Source: Gammaproteobacteria bacterium
GTDB lineage: Bacteria; Pseudomonadota; Gammaproteobacteria; G965277405
Length of the DNA: 64,000 bases
Assembly: GCA_965277405.1 (NCBI GenBank)
Contig: OZ255726.1
Coordinates: 887,128 to 951,127 of the forward strand
Direction: 5' to 3'
The position numbers were made by a program, and so were the translations under genes. Numbering within the stretch: the first letter of the stretch is position 1; each line of letters opens with the position of its first letter. A model generated the notes under the pieces. The model searched no databases. It had not been told where the DNA came from and worked only from the letters and a program-made list of their open reading frames with translations. Below are positions 20,402 to 30,908 of this stretch, in pieces.

Positions 20402-22501
20402 ATGACTCAAAATTCAATTAATTTTAATACCCAAACTGTCTCTTTTGCATTTGGTGACCAAACAATTTCTCTTGAAACCGGCAGAATTGCACGTCAAGCA
20501 AGCGGGGCCGTGCTGGCAACAATGGGTGGAACTGCAATATTGGCAACAACAGTTGTTTCCAAACGCGAAAGCCGTTTTGACTTTTTCCCGTTGACGGTGA
20601 ATTATCAAGAAAAAATCTATTCTGCTGGAAAAATTCCAGGTGGTTTTTTCAAACGCGAAGGACGTCCAAGCGAAAAAGAAACGTTGACATCACGGTTGAT
20701 TGACCGCCCAATTCGTCCATTGTTTCCAAGCGGATACATGCAAGAAGTGCAAGTCGTTTGTACAGTGATGTCTGCGGACAAAAACACCAATCCTGATATA
20801 TTAGCGATGATTGCCGCCTCTGCGAGTTTGTGTATTTCAGGCGCTCCTTTTCAAGGCCCGATCGGCGCTGCGCGGGTCGGTGTTGGTGGTGATGGTTCGT
20901 ATATTCTGAACCCATCATATGATGACATGGGTAAGTCATCGTTGGATATGGTCGTGGCAGGCAGCCAAGATGCAATTTTAATGGTCGAATCTGAAGCCAG
21001 CGAACTTGGCGAAGAACATATGCTTGAGGCAGTGATGTTTGCCCATGAACAAATGCAAACTGCAATAGCCGCAATACAGGAATTGGTTGTCAAAGTTGGT
21101 AACCCCTCAAGTAAATGGGAAGCGCCAGCAACAGACGCAGCATTGGTTGATGGCGTAACTGCCAAGTTTGCAGAAAAAATTGCAGCTGCATATACCACCA
21201 GCGACAAACAGCAACGTAGCGAGCAACTCGATACAATTCGCCAACAAATTCATAGCGAATTTGACACAGAAGACAGCAGCAACGCTGGTGAAATTGACTT
21301 GATTATAAAGTCAATTGAAAAGTCATCAGTGCGCCAGCGTTTGATTCGAGGCGAGCCACGGATTGACGGACGAGATTTAAAAACAGTTCGACCGATTGCC
21401 ATTGAAATTGGTGTGCTACCGAATACACACGGCAGCGCATTGTTTACCCGTGGTGAAACACAGGCAATTGTTGTCAGTACGCTCGGTCCTGTAAAAAGCG
21501 CACAAATTATTGATGCGCTTGAAGGTGAATACCGTGATGGATTTATGTTGCATTATAATTTTCCGCCATTTTGCGTTGGTGAAACAGGAATGATGGTTGG
21601 ACCCAAGCGCCGTGAGATTGGTCATGGACGGTTAGCAAGAAGAGGTATTGCTGCGGTGTTGCCACCACAAGAGCAATTTCCATATACGATTCGTGTGGTT
21701 TCTGAAATTACTGAATCGAATGGTTCAAGTTCTATGGCAAGTATTTGCGGCACCAGTCTTTCATTAATGGATGCTGGTGTGCCAATTAAAGCCGCAGTTG
21801 CTGGGGTGGCGATGGGATTAGTAAAAGAGGCTGAAGGACATGCAATTATTACCGACATCCTCGGTGATGAAGATCACTTAGGCGATATGGACTTTAAAGT
21901 TGCCGGAACTGAAAAAGGTGTGACTGCGCTGCAAATGGATATTAAAATTAGCGGAATTACTCGAGAAATTATGGAAGAAGCGTTGACACAGGCGCGTGAA
22001 GGACGCTTACATATTCTTGGTGAAATGAACAAAGTCATTACCAAATCACGGGATCAGCTTGCTGCGTCTGCGCCAACATTGCTGACATTAAAAATCAAGC
22101 AAGATAAAATTCGTGATGTTATTGGTAAAGGTGGTGCAGTAATCAGACAAATGATAGAAGATAGCGGTGCGACAATTGATATAGCTGATGACGGTATGGT
22201 GCAAGTGTATGGAGAAGGTCGTGATTCAGCAGAAGCTGCGATTCAAATGGTCAAAGACATAGTTGCAGAAGCTGAAGTAGGGCAACAAATTACAGGTACA
22301 GTCCGCTCGATTGTTGATTTTGGCGCATTCGTTAACATTCTGCCAAACACTGATGGCTTGCTGCATATTTCTGAAGTATCAAAACGACGTATCCAAAATG
22401 TCAATGAATTCTTAAAAGAAGGACAGAAAATTGAGGTAATTGTCAAAGAAGTTGACCCGCGCGGGCGTATTAAGCTCAGTTTAGTGAATATTTTTGACTA
22501 A
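20402..22501 (+). CDS. pnp: Polyribonucleotide nucleotidyltransferase (PNPase)
   Basis: It has two RNase PH domains plus KH and S1 domains and is about 700 aa. The ATG at 20402 follows the rpsO stop. The TAA stop lies inside the CTAA flank of MITE copy 2. Confidence 0.92.
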   Translation: MTQNSINFNTQTVSFAFGDQTISLETGRIARQASGAVLATMGGTAILATTVVSKRESRFDFFPLTVNYQEKIYSAGKIPGGFFKREGRPSEKETLTSRLIDRPIRPLFPSGYMQEVQVVCTVMSADKNTNPDILAMIAASASLCISGAPFQGPIGAARVGVGGDGSYILNPSYDDMGKSSLDMVVAGSQDAILMVESEASELGEEHMLEAVMFAHEQMQTAIAAIQELVVKVGNPSSKWEAPATDAALVDGVTAKFAEKIAAAYTTSDKQQRSEQLDTIRQQIHSEFDTEDSSNAGEIDLIIKSIEKSSVRQRLIRGEPRIDGRDLKTVRPIAIEIGVLPNTHGSALFTRGETQAIVVSTLGPVKSAQIIDALEGEYRDGFMLHYNFPPFCVGETGMMVGPKRREIGHGRLARRGIAAVLPPQEQFPYTIRVVSEITESNGSSSMASICGTSLSLMDAGVPIKAAVAGVAMGLVKEAEGHAIITDILGDEDHLGDMDFKVAGTEKGVTALQMDIKISGITREIMEEALTQAREGRLHILGEMNKVITKSRDQLAASAPTLLTLKIKQDKIRDVIGKGGAVIRQMIEDSGATIDIADDGMVQVYGEGRDSAEAAIQMVKDIVAEAEVGQQITGTVRSIVDFGAFVNILPNTDGLLHISEVSKRRIQNVNEFLKEGQKIEVIVKEVDPRGRIKLSLVNIFD

Positions 22502-22787
22502 GGAACCTCTGATTAATTCCATGATGGGCGAGACGGAGAAAAAACGCTGATGAAACTTAAGCGCAGTGCGCAGATAATACTGGTGGTATTATCAAGTGCT
22601 GCAACGACGTTAGCGCAGCGTTTTTTTTCCGTCCTTCTATTGAATATATGATGGTTTGCCTACAAGCGGTACTTGCTGTGTTGCATCCCTTGGCGTATAT
22701 GCTACGGCATGCGCCTACGGAATGCGCCTTGCAATCATCAGCAATTGCAGGCAAACTCGCTCCATCAGCAAGTTAATCAGAGGTTCC
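22502..22787 (+). mobile_element. MITE copy 2 (286 bp), inserted exactly at the pnp stop codon
   Basis: It has both TIRs. The flanks are CTAA (22498-22501, containing the pnp TAA) and CGAA, a 1-mismatch TSD. Confidence 0.85.
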
Positions 22788-22866
22788 CGAAGCATTGCTA
22801 TGGTTCACATTGACAGGATGGAATAAACTAGCAGTCATACATAAACTCACTTATCAAAGGGCTGTA

Positions 22867-23157
22867 ATGTTGGGGGTAGTCACTTTTTTTATGAAGGAAA
22901 AACAAAAAAACAAACAATTAATTCAGCCGTTTCTGCAGCAACGGTTTGAAGAATTTTTCGCAGCACTTGGTGATGAGAAAATGCCGAGTCTGTATACAAC
23001 AGTCATGCGCCAATGTGAAATTCCTCTGATTCGCGCCGCACTCAAACATTGTAATGATAATAAATCAAAAACTGCTTGTTTGCTTTCTGTCAGCCGAGTA
23101 ACGCTGCGCAATAAAATGCATAAATACAGTATTGAAAGCAGCGCAAATAGCTCATAG
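22867..23157 (+). CDS. Fis-family DNA-binding protein (small nucleoid-associated HTH regulator). The start is uncertain (22867 or 22891).
   Basis: The C-terminus ...NKSKTACLLSVSRVTLRNKMHKYSIE matches the Fis HTH ([26 protein letters not shown]). The track ORF start at 22795 lies inside the MITE. Confidence 0.65.
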   Translation: MLGVVTFFMKEKQKNKQLIQPFLQQRFEEFFAALGDEKMPSLYTTVMRQCEIPLIRAALKHCNDNKSKTACLLSVSRVTLRNKMHKYSIESSANSS

Positions 23158-23161
23158 GCAT

Positions 23162-23207
23162 GGAAACTCTGATTAAGTCGCTCCATGATGGGAAAATCAG
23201 AGTTTGC
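23162..23207. repeat. 46-bp mini-hairpin derived from the MITE termini (GGAAACTCTGATT...AATCAGAGTTTGC)
   Basis: A 13-bp inverted repeat matches the MITE TIR core and brackets a 20-nt TIR-derived loop. It lies between fis-like and gor, immediately upstream of the gor ATG. Confidence 0.6.
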
Positions 23208-23209
23208 GT

Positions 23210-24547
23210 ATGAATACCAACCAATTTGACATCATAGTTATTGGCGCAGGATCAGCAGGCGTACGCGCTGCGCGTGTTGCCGCAGCACTAGGGCGGTCTG
23301 TTGCTATTGTAGAAGCAGATAAAGTTGGTGGCACCTGCGTCAACGTTGGCTGTATTCCCAAAAAATTCTACGCATACGCTGGTGCTTTTCGGCACGACCT
23401 CGCCGTTATGCAAGGATATGGCTGGGATACAACTGCGTCATTTAGTTGGGATAGGCTGCGCGAGAATAAGACCAATGAAATCACGCGGTTGAATGGCATC
23501 TATAACAACATGCTCAAAGATGTAACGTTGCTGCATGGCTTGGCAACATGTGTTGATGCGCACACCATTAGTGTCGCTGGCAACCAATATTCCGCGAAAT
23601 ATATTATTATTGCAACTGGTGGAACACCATTCGTCCCGCAATTTCCAGGCAACGGCCTAGTTGAAACCTCAGACACTATTTTTGATATTGGCGCATTACC
23701 CAAAAAAATCATTGTTGTCGGCGGCGGGTATATTGCCGCAGAATTTGCCAGTATTTTTAATGGTTTAGGCTGTGAAACCACATTGTTATACCGTGGTAAG
23801 CAAATATTTAGGGGCTTCGATAGCCAAATAGCACGGTTCACTCAACAACAAATGATAGAACACGGAATCGACATCCGCTTACACAGCGTTGTTGCTGCCA
23901 TCAAGCAAAATGATGCCAGCTTACAGGTAGTCGTAGCTGATAAAACCATCAACGCTGATATCGTGTTACATGCCACAGGTCGCTCAGCAAATACGGCAAA
24001 ACTTGCATTGGAGAATGCCGGGGTGCTGCTGAACGACAATGGCAGTATTCCTGTCGATGAGCATTACCGCACCAATCAAAGCCATATCTACGCTATTGGC
24101 GATATTCTTTCCCATTTGCAGCTTACACCAGTTGCAATTAAACAGGCGATGCACGTTATCAGCCATATAACTAACCAAACAACGCATCCGCTTGACTATG
24201 CAACTATACCTACAGCCGTGTTCTGTACGCCGAATATTGGCACTGTTGGTCTCGGTGAAGAAGATGCAATCAAGCGGTATGGCAGTGCAGACATTGAGAT
24301 TTTTTTCAGTAATTTTCGCGCGCTAAAAATCACCATGTCCGCTGCGACTGACAAAACAATGACTAAATTGGTTGTGCAAAAATCCACACAGAAAATACTG
24401 GGAATTCATATGGCTGGTGACCATGCTGGTGAGGTTATTCAAGGGTTTGCGGTGGCGGTGCAAATGGGAGTTAGCAAACAACAGCTCGACGCAACAGTGG
24501 GCATCCACCCGACCACTGCAGAAGAATTTGTTACAATGCGCAACTAA
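23210..24547 (+). CDS. gor: Glutathione-disulfide reductase (class I pyridine nucleotide-disulfide oxidoreductase)
   Basis: The redox-active site GGTCVNVGCIPKK, the FAD GxGxxG motif and the 446-aa length fit Gor. The ATG at 23210 is the likely start; the track uses a TTG at 23204. Confidence 0.7.
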   Translation: MNTNQFDIIVIGAGSAGVRAARVAAALGRSVAIVEADKVGGTCVNVGCIPKKFYAYAGAFRHDLAVMQGYGWDTTASFSWDRLRENKTNEITRLNGIYNNMLKDVTLLHGLATCVDAHTISVAGNQYSAKYIIIATGGTPFVPQFPGNGLVETSDTIFDIGALPKKIIVVGGGYIAAEFASIFNGLGCETTLLYRGKQIFRGFDSQIARFTQQQMIEHGIDIRLHSVVAAIKQNDASLQVVVADKTINADIVLHATGRSANTAKLALENAGVLLNDNGSIPVDEHYRTNQSHIYAIGDILSHLQLTPVAIKQAMHVISHITNQTTHPLDYATIPTAVFCTPNIGTVGLGEEDAIKRYGSADIEIFFSNFRALKITMSAATDKTMTKLVVQKSTQKILGIHMAGDHAGEVIQGFAVAVQMGVSKQQLDATVGIHPTTAEEFVTMRN

Positions 24548-25431
24548 TGCGTGGTTTGTATTTACTGGCACCTGCAAAATTAAATTTATTTCTCCATGTG
24601 TTTGCACCACGTAGTGATGGCTATCATCCGTTACATACGTATTTTCAATATATTGGGTTATTCGATGAACTGTATTTTGCTATACTACCAACCACACGTT
24701 TGCAGCCACAAATAACGATAACTATGCAAGGATGTGGTACGGCAATACAAAATAATATCATCAACCAAGCTGCGCAATTGTTGTATGCCTACATTACAAC
24801 ACCCAAGCCAAATATTCACGTTGCCGTTTGCAAACATATCCCAATTGGCGCAGGGCTAGGCGGTGGTAGTAGTAACGCGGCAACGACACTCCATGCGTTA
24901 AATATGTTGTGGAAATTGCAATTGCCGCAACAACAAATACAAGAATTATCACTCGAACTTGGCGCAGACCTGCCGTTTTTTGTCAAAGGAGAAAGTGGCT
25001 TTGCTAGCGGAATTGGTGAAGTCATGACAGCGTATGCATATCCAGATTTGTATTGTGTAGTGGTTTTGAGTGGAATTCATTGCGTTACAAGTGCAGTGTT
25101 TTTGCATAAACAATTGACAACCAAAAAGCAGATGACAACAATACCGCCCGCCTATCAAGAGCTAACTATCAATGAGGTGGTTGGACTGGGAAACGATTGT
25201 ATTGACGCAGCGTTTGCTGAATATCCAAAGCTCAAACAGGTATACAGTATAATCAGCAACTATGGTCAGTTTGCAATGACTGGAACAGGCTCCACGTTTT
25301 TTGCAGTATACCAAAGCAAACAACAAGCGATGCAGCTGGCAAAGCGAATATGCGATGAGCGTGCACTCAACGCAATAGTAGTACCAAGTATTGCACGATG
25401 GCACACGTATTGGGGTGTAGCCAAGTGGTAA
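24547..25431 (+). CDS. ispE: 4-diphosphocytidyl-2-C-methyl-D-erythritol kinase IspE
   Basis: The N-terminus LLAPAKLNLFLHV...RSDGYHPL is IspE-like. The last ~21 nt overlap the tRNA-Gln gene. Confidence 0.85.
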   Translation: MRGLYLLAPAKLNLFLHVFAPRSDGYHPLHTYFQYIGLFDELYFAILPTTRLQPQITITMQGCGTAIQNNIINQAAQLLYAYITTPKPNIHVAVCKHIPIGAGLGGGSSNAATTLHALNMLWKLQLPQQQIQELSLELGADLPFFVKGESGFASGIGEVMTAYAYPDLYCVVVLSGIHCVTSAVFLHKQLTTKKQMTTIPPAYQELTINEVVGLGNDCIDAAFAEYPKLKQVYSIISNYGQFAMTGTGSTFFAVYQSKQQAMQLAKRICDERALNAIVVPSIARWHTYWGVAKW

Positions 25432-25485
25432 GGCAGCGGGTTTTGATCCCGCCATGCGGAGGTTCGAATCCTCCCACCCCAGCCA
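25411..25485 (+). tRNA. tRNA-Gln (anticodon UUG)
   Basis: The sequence TGGGGTGTAGCCAAGTGGTAAGGCAGCGGGTTTTGATCCCGCC...GGTTCGAATCCTCCCACCCCAGCCA closely resembles E. coli tRNA-Gln. It has a U1-A72 pair and the anticodon loop TTTTGAT. Confidence 0.88.
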
Positions 25486-25601
25486 ATTTAATAATGACTG
25501 CTTCACACTGAACTCTGTATCAAAAAGGACGCGCATTGACATTGATCAAGCGCAACTCAAACTTAATAATGGCTGCTGCGCTCACTGCATAAGTTCCCTA
25601 G

Positions 25602-25886
25602 GGAAGCTCTGATTAACTCGCTGATGGAGCGAGTTTGCCTGCAATTGCTGATGATTGCAAGGCGCATTTCGCAGGCGTATGCCGTAGCATATACGCCAAG
25701 GGATGCAACACAGCAAGTACCGCTTGTAGGCAAACCATCATATATTCAATAGAAGGACGGGAAAAAACGCTGCGCTAACGTCGTTACAGCACTTGATAAT
25801 ACCACCAGTGTTATCTGCGCACTGCGTCTAGTTATCATCAGCGTTTTTTCTCCGTCTCGCCCATCATGGACTTAATCAGAGCTTCC
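25602..25886 (-). mobile_element. MITE copy 3 (285 bp), in reverse orientation
   Basis: Both TIRs are present. The flanks are CTAG / TTTG with no TSD. It is about 95% identical to the reverse complement of copy 5. Confidence 0.85.
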
Positions 25887-26386
25887 TTTGTTAAGGCGCG
25901 AGCAGTTTACTGGCGACCACTGACTTGCATAGATTGTAAAGTTTTTTATCATATCTTCCAGTCTGTCGCCTGCATTGCTGCTGCTTTTAATTGATCTCTA
26001 TGTTTTGCGTGATTTACCTCTGTATTCGATCTTTTTTTTATACTGAACATGGATACACTTGCGTATCTGTCCCAGCTGGGGCATGTTATACACCCTGATT
26101 TTGGTCTCGGCCTGCATCAAGGTCACAGATGTGAGCGTTGATTGTAACGCCTGCATAAATTTGGTATCGTTGCGCTGCAGTCAGTCTGCTAGATGTCTTT
26201 GGCATGGTGATTTCACATTGGCTGAATGACCGTGAGATCCACTCACTGACCGTCAACATTCAATGTGTCGCGCTAGCGATTGAAGTCTACGTTTGCATGA
26301 AATAATCTAATTGCGTTGTTAATACTGTCAACACATCAGCTATTTCGTGAGAATGTAAGTATAACTACTTTGTCTAAGGAGGGATA

Positions 26387-28318
26387 ATGAGTAAAAAAGC
26401 AATTCCTAATGCTACAAAAGAGCGAGCATTAATCAACCCAGCGCAATATCAACAAATGTATGATGAATCTATTCAGGATCCTGAAGCATTTTGGCATAAA
26501 CAAGGTAGGCGCATAGATTGGATAACACCATATACGCAAACCAAAACAACATCATTTGCACAAGATAATGTGTCGATTGAATGGTACCGCGATGGTGGAT
26601 TAAACGTTGCAGCGAATTGCCTAGATAGGCATTTAGAGCAACGCGGTGATCAAGTTGCAATTATATGGGAAGGCGATAACTCCCAAGAAAAACGCACAAT
26701 AACATACACTGAATTACACCATCTTGTCTGCCAATGTGGCAATGCACTGCAGCGGATGGGGGTCGCTAAAGGTGACGTTGTAACAATATATATGCCAATG
26801 ATCCCAGAGGCAGCAATAGCCATGCTTGCATGTGCCAGAATTGGCGCGGTGCATTCTGTCATCTTTGCTGGGTTTTCTCCAGAAGCGATTGCCGGAAGAG
26901 TGGAAAATAGCGCGTCTACACTCATTATCACCGCGGATAGCGGCCCACGAGCTGGTAAGCAAACACCACTCAAAGCAAATGTTGATACAGCTATAGCAAA
27001 ACTCGGGTTTGCTGTGCAAACCCTGGTGGTTAAGCGCTCAGGAGAACCCGTTGCTTGGGATGATACGCGTGATCATTGGTGGCACGACATGCTGGACTCT
27101 GCCGACTGCCCGCCTGTAGAAATGAACGCAGAAGACCCTTTATTTATTTTGTATACTTCTGGATCTACTGGAGCACCCAAAGGACTAACGCATACATCGG
27201 GCGGTTATTTGGTCTACGCATCGATTACATATGAATATATTTTTGACTACCACCCGGGTGACATTTTTTGGTGCAGCGCCGATGTTGGATGGATAACTGG
27301 GCATTCATATATAGTGTATGGACCGCTTGCCAATGGTGCGACGACAGTGATGTTTGAAGGTGTACCGACATATCCTGACACCAGTCGTTGGGGGCAAATT
27401 ATTGAACAATACGGCGTAACAGTTTTTTATACGGCGCCGACAGCCATTCGCGCGTTAATGGCAGATGGAGATAATGTATTAGGCAACAGCGATTTATCTT
27501 CATTAAAATTATTAGGCACCGTTGGTGAACCAATAAACCCAGAAGCATGGGAATGGTATAGCCGAGTTTTTGGCAATGGCAAGTTAGCAATTGTAGACAC
27601 TTGGTGGCAAACAGAAACTGGCGCCGCGCTAATATCACCTCTTCCTGGGGCAATCGAAGCCAAACCTGGGTCGGCAACGAAGCCGTTTTTTGGCATTCAA
27701 CCTGCATTAGTCGACGCAGATGGGGTGATTTTGGAGGGTGCTGCGGCTGGAAATTTAGTGCTGCTCGATTCTTGGCCAGGTCAAGCCCGCAGCATTTGGG
27801 GAGACCACCCACGCTTTGTGGCCACATATTTTTCAACATATGCGGGTAAATATTTTACCAGCGATGGCGCGCGTCGCGACGAAGACGGGTATTATTGGAT
27901 TACTGGTCGCGTCGACGATGTTATGAATATATCTGGTCATCGGCTTGGCACAGCAGAAGTCGAGAGTGCGCTGGTGGCGCACCCGCTCGTTGTCGAGGCG
28001 GCGGTTGTTGGTTTTCACCACGATATTAAGGGTCAAGCAATTTATGCATACGTTACGCTCAAGCACGGAGTAGCAGATACGGACGCCCTCAATGCCGAGT
28101 TGAAGCAGTGGGTGCGCCAAGAGATTGGTGCTATCGCCACACCAGAGACTATTCAATGGGCACCAGGGCTGCCCAAAACCCGCTCTGGAAAAATTATGCG
28201 CAGGATATTGCGTCAAATTGCTAAAAATGAATATGAGCAACTTGGAGATATCAGCACACTCGCAGATACAAGTGTTGTCAGCAGCTTAATTGCAGAACAT
28301 AAATACATCAGCGGCTAA
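26387..28318 (+). CDS. acs: Acetyl-coenzyme A synthetase
   Basis: A 643-aa protein with AMP-binding motifs ([11 protein letters not shown]) and an Acs-type N-terminus. Confidence 0.92.
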   Translation: MSKKAIPNATKERALINPAQYQQMYDESIQDPEAFWHKQGRRIDWITPYTQTKTTSFAQDNVSIEWYRDGGLNVAANCLDRHLEQRGDQVAIIWEGDNSQEKRTITYTELHHLVCQCGNALQRMGVAKGDVVTIYMPMIPEAAIAMLACARIGAVHSVIFAGFSPEAIAGRVENSASTLIITADSGPRAGKQTPLKANVDTAIAKLGFAVQTLVVKRSGEPVAWDDTRDHWWHDMLDSADCPPVEMNAEDPLFILYTSGSTGAPKGLTHTSGGYLVYASITYEYIFDYHPGDIFWCSADVGWITGHSYIVYGPLANGATTVMFEGVPTYPDTSRWGQIIEQYGVTVFYTAPTAIRALMADGDNVLGNSDLSSLKLLGTVGEPINPEAWEWYSRVFGNGKLAIVDTWWQTETGAALISPLPGAIEAKPGSATKPFFGIQPALVDADGVILEGAAAGNLVLLDSWPGQARSIWGDHPRFVATYFSTYAGKYFTSDGARRDEDGYYWITGRVDDVMNISGHRLGTAEVESALVAHPLVVEAAVVGFHHDIKGQAIYAYVTLKHGVADTDALNAELKQWVRQEIGAIATPETIQWAPGLPKTRSGKIMRRILRQIAKNEYEQLGDISTLADTSVVSSLIAEHKYISG

Positions 28319-29015
28319 CAGCAATCTTAGCAATTGCCCTAAGCGTTTGTATAAACCTTGCTGCTTTTCCGTTTGTCTGCGGCCTGTATGGTTTGGTAAA
28401 AACGTGCTTGATTTGACAAGCATCAAGATATCGATTTACGAACTTTGGTCGATATGCAGGACCGTTGCCTGTCATCAGCCGTTGCACCGCTATTCCCAAA
28501 GATGAAAAATGCTCCAATGATCGGTGCATAAACCCCTGAGTCGTTGCCTTTTTCTCATTAGGAAGCACCGCCACAAACGCCCATCGACTATGGTCATCAA
28601 TACCAACATGGACGCACTCAATACCATGGCCTGTATTTGCTGTTGCAGGAGCACCAAATTTATGCCCAGGTGGAGTAAAACGTTGCAGTTTCTTGATGTC
28701 CAGATGCAGCATGTCGCCAGGGTGCTCATATCAATGCGCTTTTTCTCTTGTTAAGGTCTTTTTTGTAAGGCACAGCCGTCTCAAAATTTTGGTGACAGTG
28801 GCGTATGCCAATTGCAAATACTTGGCAATGCTCCGTGCATTCATTTGTGACTCTAAATAGAGTTTTTGGATGCGTTGAGCCAAGATCTCAGCGAGTTTAG
28901 CTGGGTTTGAAATTGGCCTGCTGGAAAGATATTGTACAGTGCAGATGTTCCACCTGATGTATAGCGTCTGCGCCACTTGTAAACAGTTAGTAGCGTAATA
29001 GTAGCGAAATGGCAA
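28308..29015 (-). mobile_element. IS481-family transposase pseudogene. It is split into an HTH N-part (28731-29015) and an rve catalytic part (28308-28712), and is 3'-truncated at the acs boundary.
   Basis: An IS481-type HTH (ARSIAKYLQLAYATVTKILRR) and the rve core ...KPYRPQTNGKAARFIQTL are both present. They lie in two frames, and the C-terminal ~100 aa are missing. Confidence 0.75.
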
Positions 29016-29053
29016 AATCGTTGGCTACGCGATTCACAGGGTGCTTGTCGACA

Positions 29054-29083
29054 AGCACCCTGTGAACCATAACTTCTCGACTA
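29054..29083. repeat. Perfect 30-bp palindrome CACAGGGTGCTTGTC|GACAAGCACCCTGTG, with no loop
   Basis: Read directly from the sequence. It sits between the IS481-like and the IS5-like remnants. Confidence 0.9.
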
Positions 29084-29249
29084 TGAAACGTTGTTTTGGC
29101 ACAATGATGTGGGTTGTTCATGCTGTACTCCTTTGTTTAGTAACTAATACAGTACCAGCTTGTTAGTTAGCTGATGTGTGAACACACCTCCGTAGCATTT
29201 ACACTTAATAAGGTATAATGTTTCTTTTCCTGAGATAATTCGATACGAG

Positions 29250-30010
29250 GAACTGATTTCACCCAAGCTAGAATGTTCAGCACCCTGTCGCCTGTAAGCG
29301 CAGTACCCCAAAATCAGCCAATTCGCCATATCAAGAAAATGGTCGATGTGGCGTTGTAGGAAGTGAAAAGCTTCCACATGAAAGACGACGATGACCACAA
29401 TTATGGCAGCAGCAACAAACGGATTGATGTTAAAGGCAAGAAACGCCACCGCGCTACCCACCAATCTACCACAGATCCCGAAGCGCGCTTTGGCAAGAAA
29501 AGCCAAGCCCAAGCGGCAATACCGTGTTACGTGGGCAATATTATGATTGAGAACCGCAATGGTTTGGTGGTAGATGCACATAGCAAACAGTTCAGCGGCA
29601 CCGCTGCAACCGATGCTGCGATACCGATGCTGCGATAGAAATGCTTGCCAATATTCCAAGAAATCGCCAAGTGACATTGGCAGCGGACAAGAAATACGAC
29701 ACCAAAGTCCTTGTCAAGCAATGCCAAGCAATGCCAAGCAATGCCGTGAATTGAGCGTAACGCCCCACGTTGCGCAAAACACAGCAAAACGAAGTTCATC
29801 AATAGATCAACGAACGACGAGACACCCCGGGTATCAAACCAGCCAAAAAGTACGCAAACGCATACAAGAAGTCTTTGGCTGGGCTAAGACTATTGGCGGA
29901 CTTCACAAAGGAAAGTATGTGGTAATAGCAAAGTGAACCATCAATTTGTATTCACCATGGCCGCGTATCACTTGGTACGCATGCGCAATCTTGGTGCTGT
30001 ATCATGCTGA
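29250..30010 (+). mobile_element. IS5/IS1182-superfamily (DDE_Tnp_1) transposase remnant with multiple frameshifts. It contains a 10-bp x3 tandem repeat (CAAGCAATGC) at 29715-29744.
   Basis: The fragments TDPEARFGKK...NGLVVDAHS..., ...ADKKYDT..., RKRIQEVFGWAKTIGGLHKGKY and MAAYHLVRMRNL are spread over three frames. These are typical IS5-group transposase motifs. Confidence 0.65.
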
Positions 30011-30137
30011 TTTGCAACGACAGCGGACAGCCACGCCCAACAATTGGAAACGTGGTAGTTTCACACGGAATACCACCAAAATCCTCCCTAATAACAGCTG
30101 CTGTGCGCAAAAAAATCAATTTTGGCAGTCTTGAGGC

Positions 30138-30908
30138 TTATTTTATATGATAAATTTTTAACAGCCTGTTAAGATCAACCAAACAGACAGATATTTTATT
30201 CTTCTGCATCAATAGTGATGCAAACTGAAAGTACCCCAAAGACATATTGGCACCACTTCCATGAAAAAAAACTAGTGTTTTACCATTGTCGCTATTCGCT
30301 GCATAATAGCGAATATGAATATATTCCTTATCGTATTTTGATTGAACAAACAGGGGTTGGCTTGAAACTAGCTTTATGGCTTCTAATTTGTTAATAAAGT
30401 TATAAAATTTAACATATGACAACTAGTCTTCTGTAGCTATTTTCTTAACTACGTCAAGCATTGACTGTATTCTTAATTTATTAGAATTATCTGTAGTCCT
30501 TAGCAAATCCTCAAGTTTTTCAATAATATAATTAAAATCTGATTTTGCTAATCCTCCTTGCCCAAGGAAATCGGGAATGTTTTTGTTGATTATCGCCCGT
30601 TCGAATCTTGCTGCCAAGTTGTTAGGATTTTGAGAAACAGCTTTAGCCATCATTCTAGTTGCACTCCTTAAATACGAGTAGGCAGTACCTAAATTTTTCT
30701 CTTGCCCAGCTCGTAAAACTAGTAATCCACCATTTACGACTTGTATTAATGGATCTTTATACAATTCATGTAATTTTTCGATTAACTTCGCCCCTTGTTC
30801 AAACTCGAGTATCTGGTTCTCTTTTTGTTGACCGATAAAAATAAATATTAACATTGATAGCTCTTGAGCCTCTAGCAGCGTGAGCTTATTGATATCTTTT
30901 TTATTCAA
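30138..30908 (-). pseudogene. Hypothetical protein interrupted by an in-frame TAG (30423-30425). The downstream part resembles an alpha/beta-hydrolase N-terminal segment (TLVFFHGSGAN) and is truncated. The region is AT-rich (~32% GC).
   Basis: ORFs 30423-30908 and 30138-30422 are in the same frame, separated by a single TAG. The reading frame ends about 50 aa after the HG motif, at the IS remnant. Confidence 0.45.

Noticed and set aside
29250-30010. The IS5-like transposase remnant as the autonomous partner that mobilises the MITE family
   Set aside because: Its presumed ends do not share the GGAAGCTCTGATTAA TIR. There is only a weak GAGGAACTGATTT resemblance at about 29237, and it is heavily frameshifted. 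The mobilising transposase is more likely encoded elsewhere.
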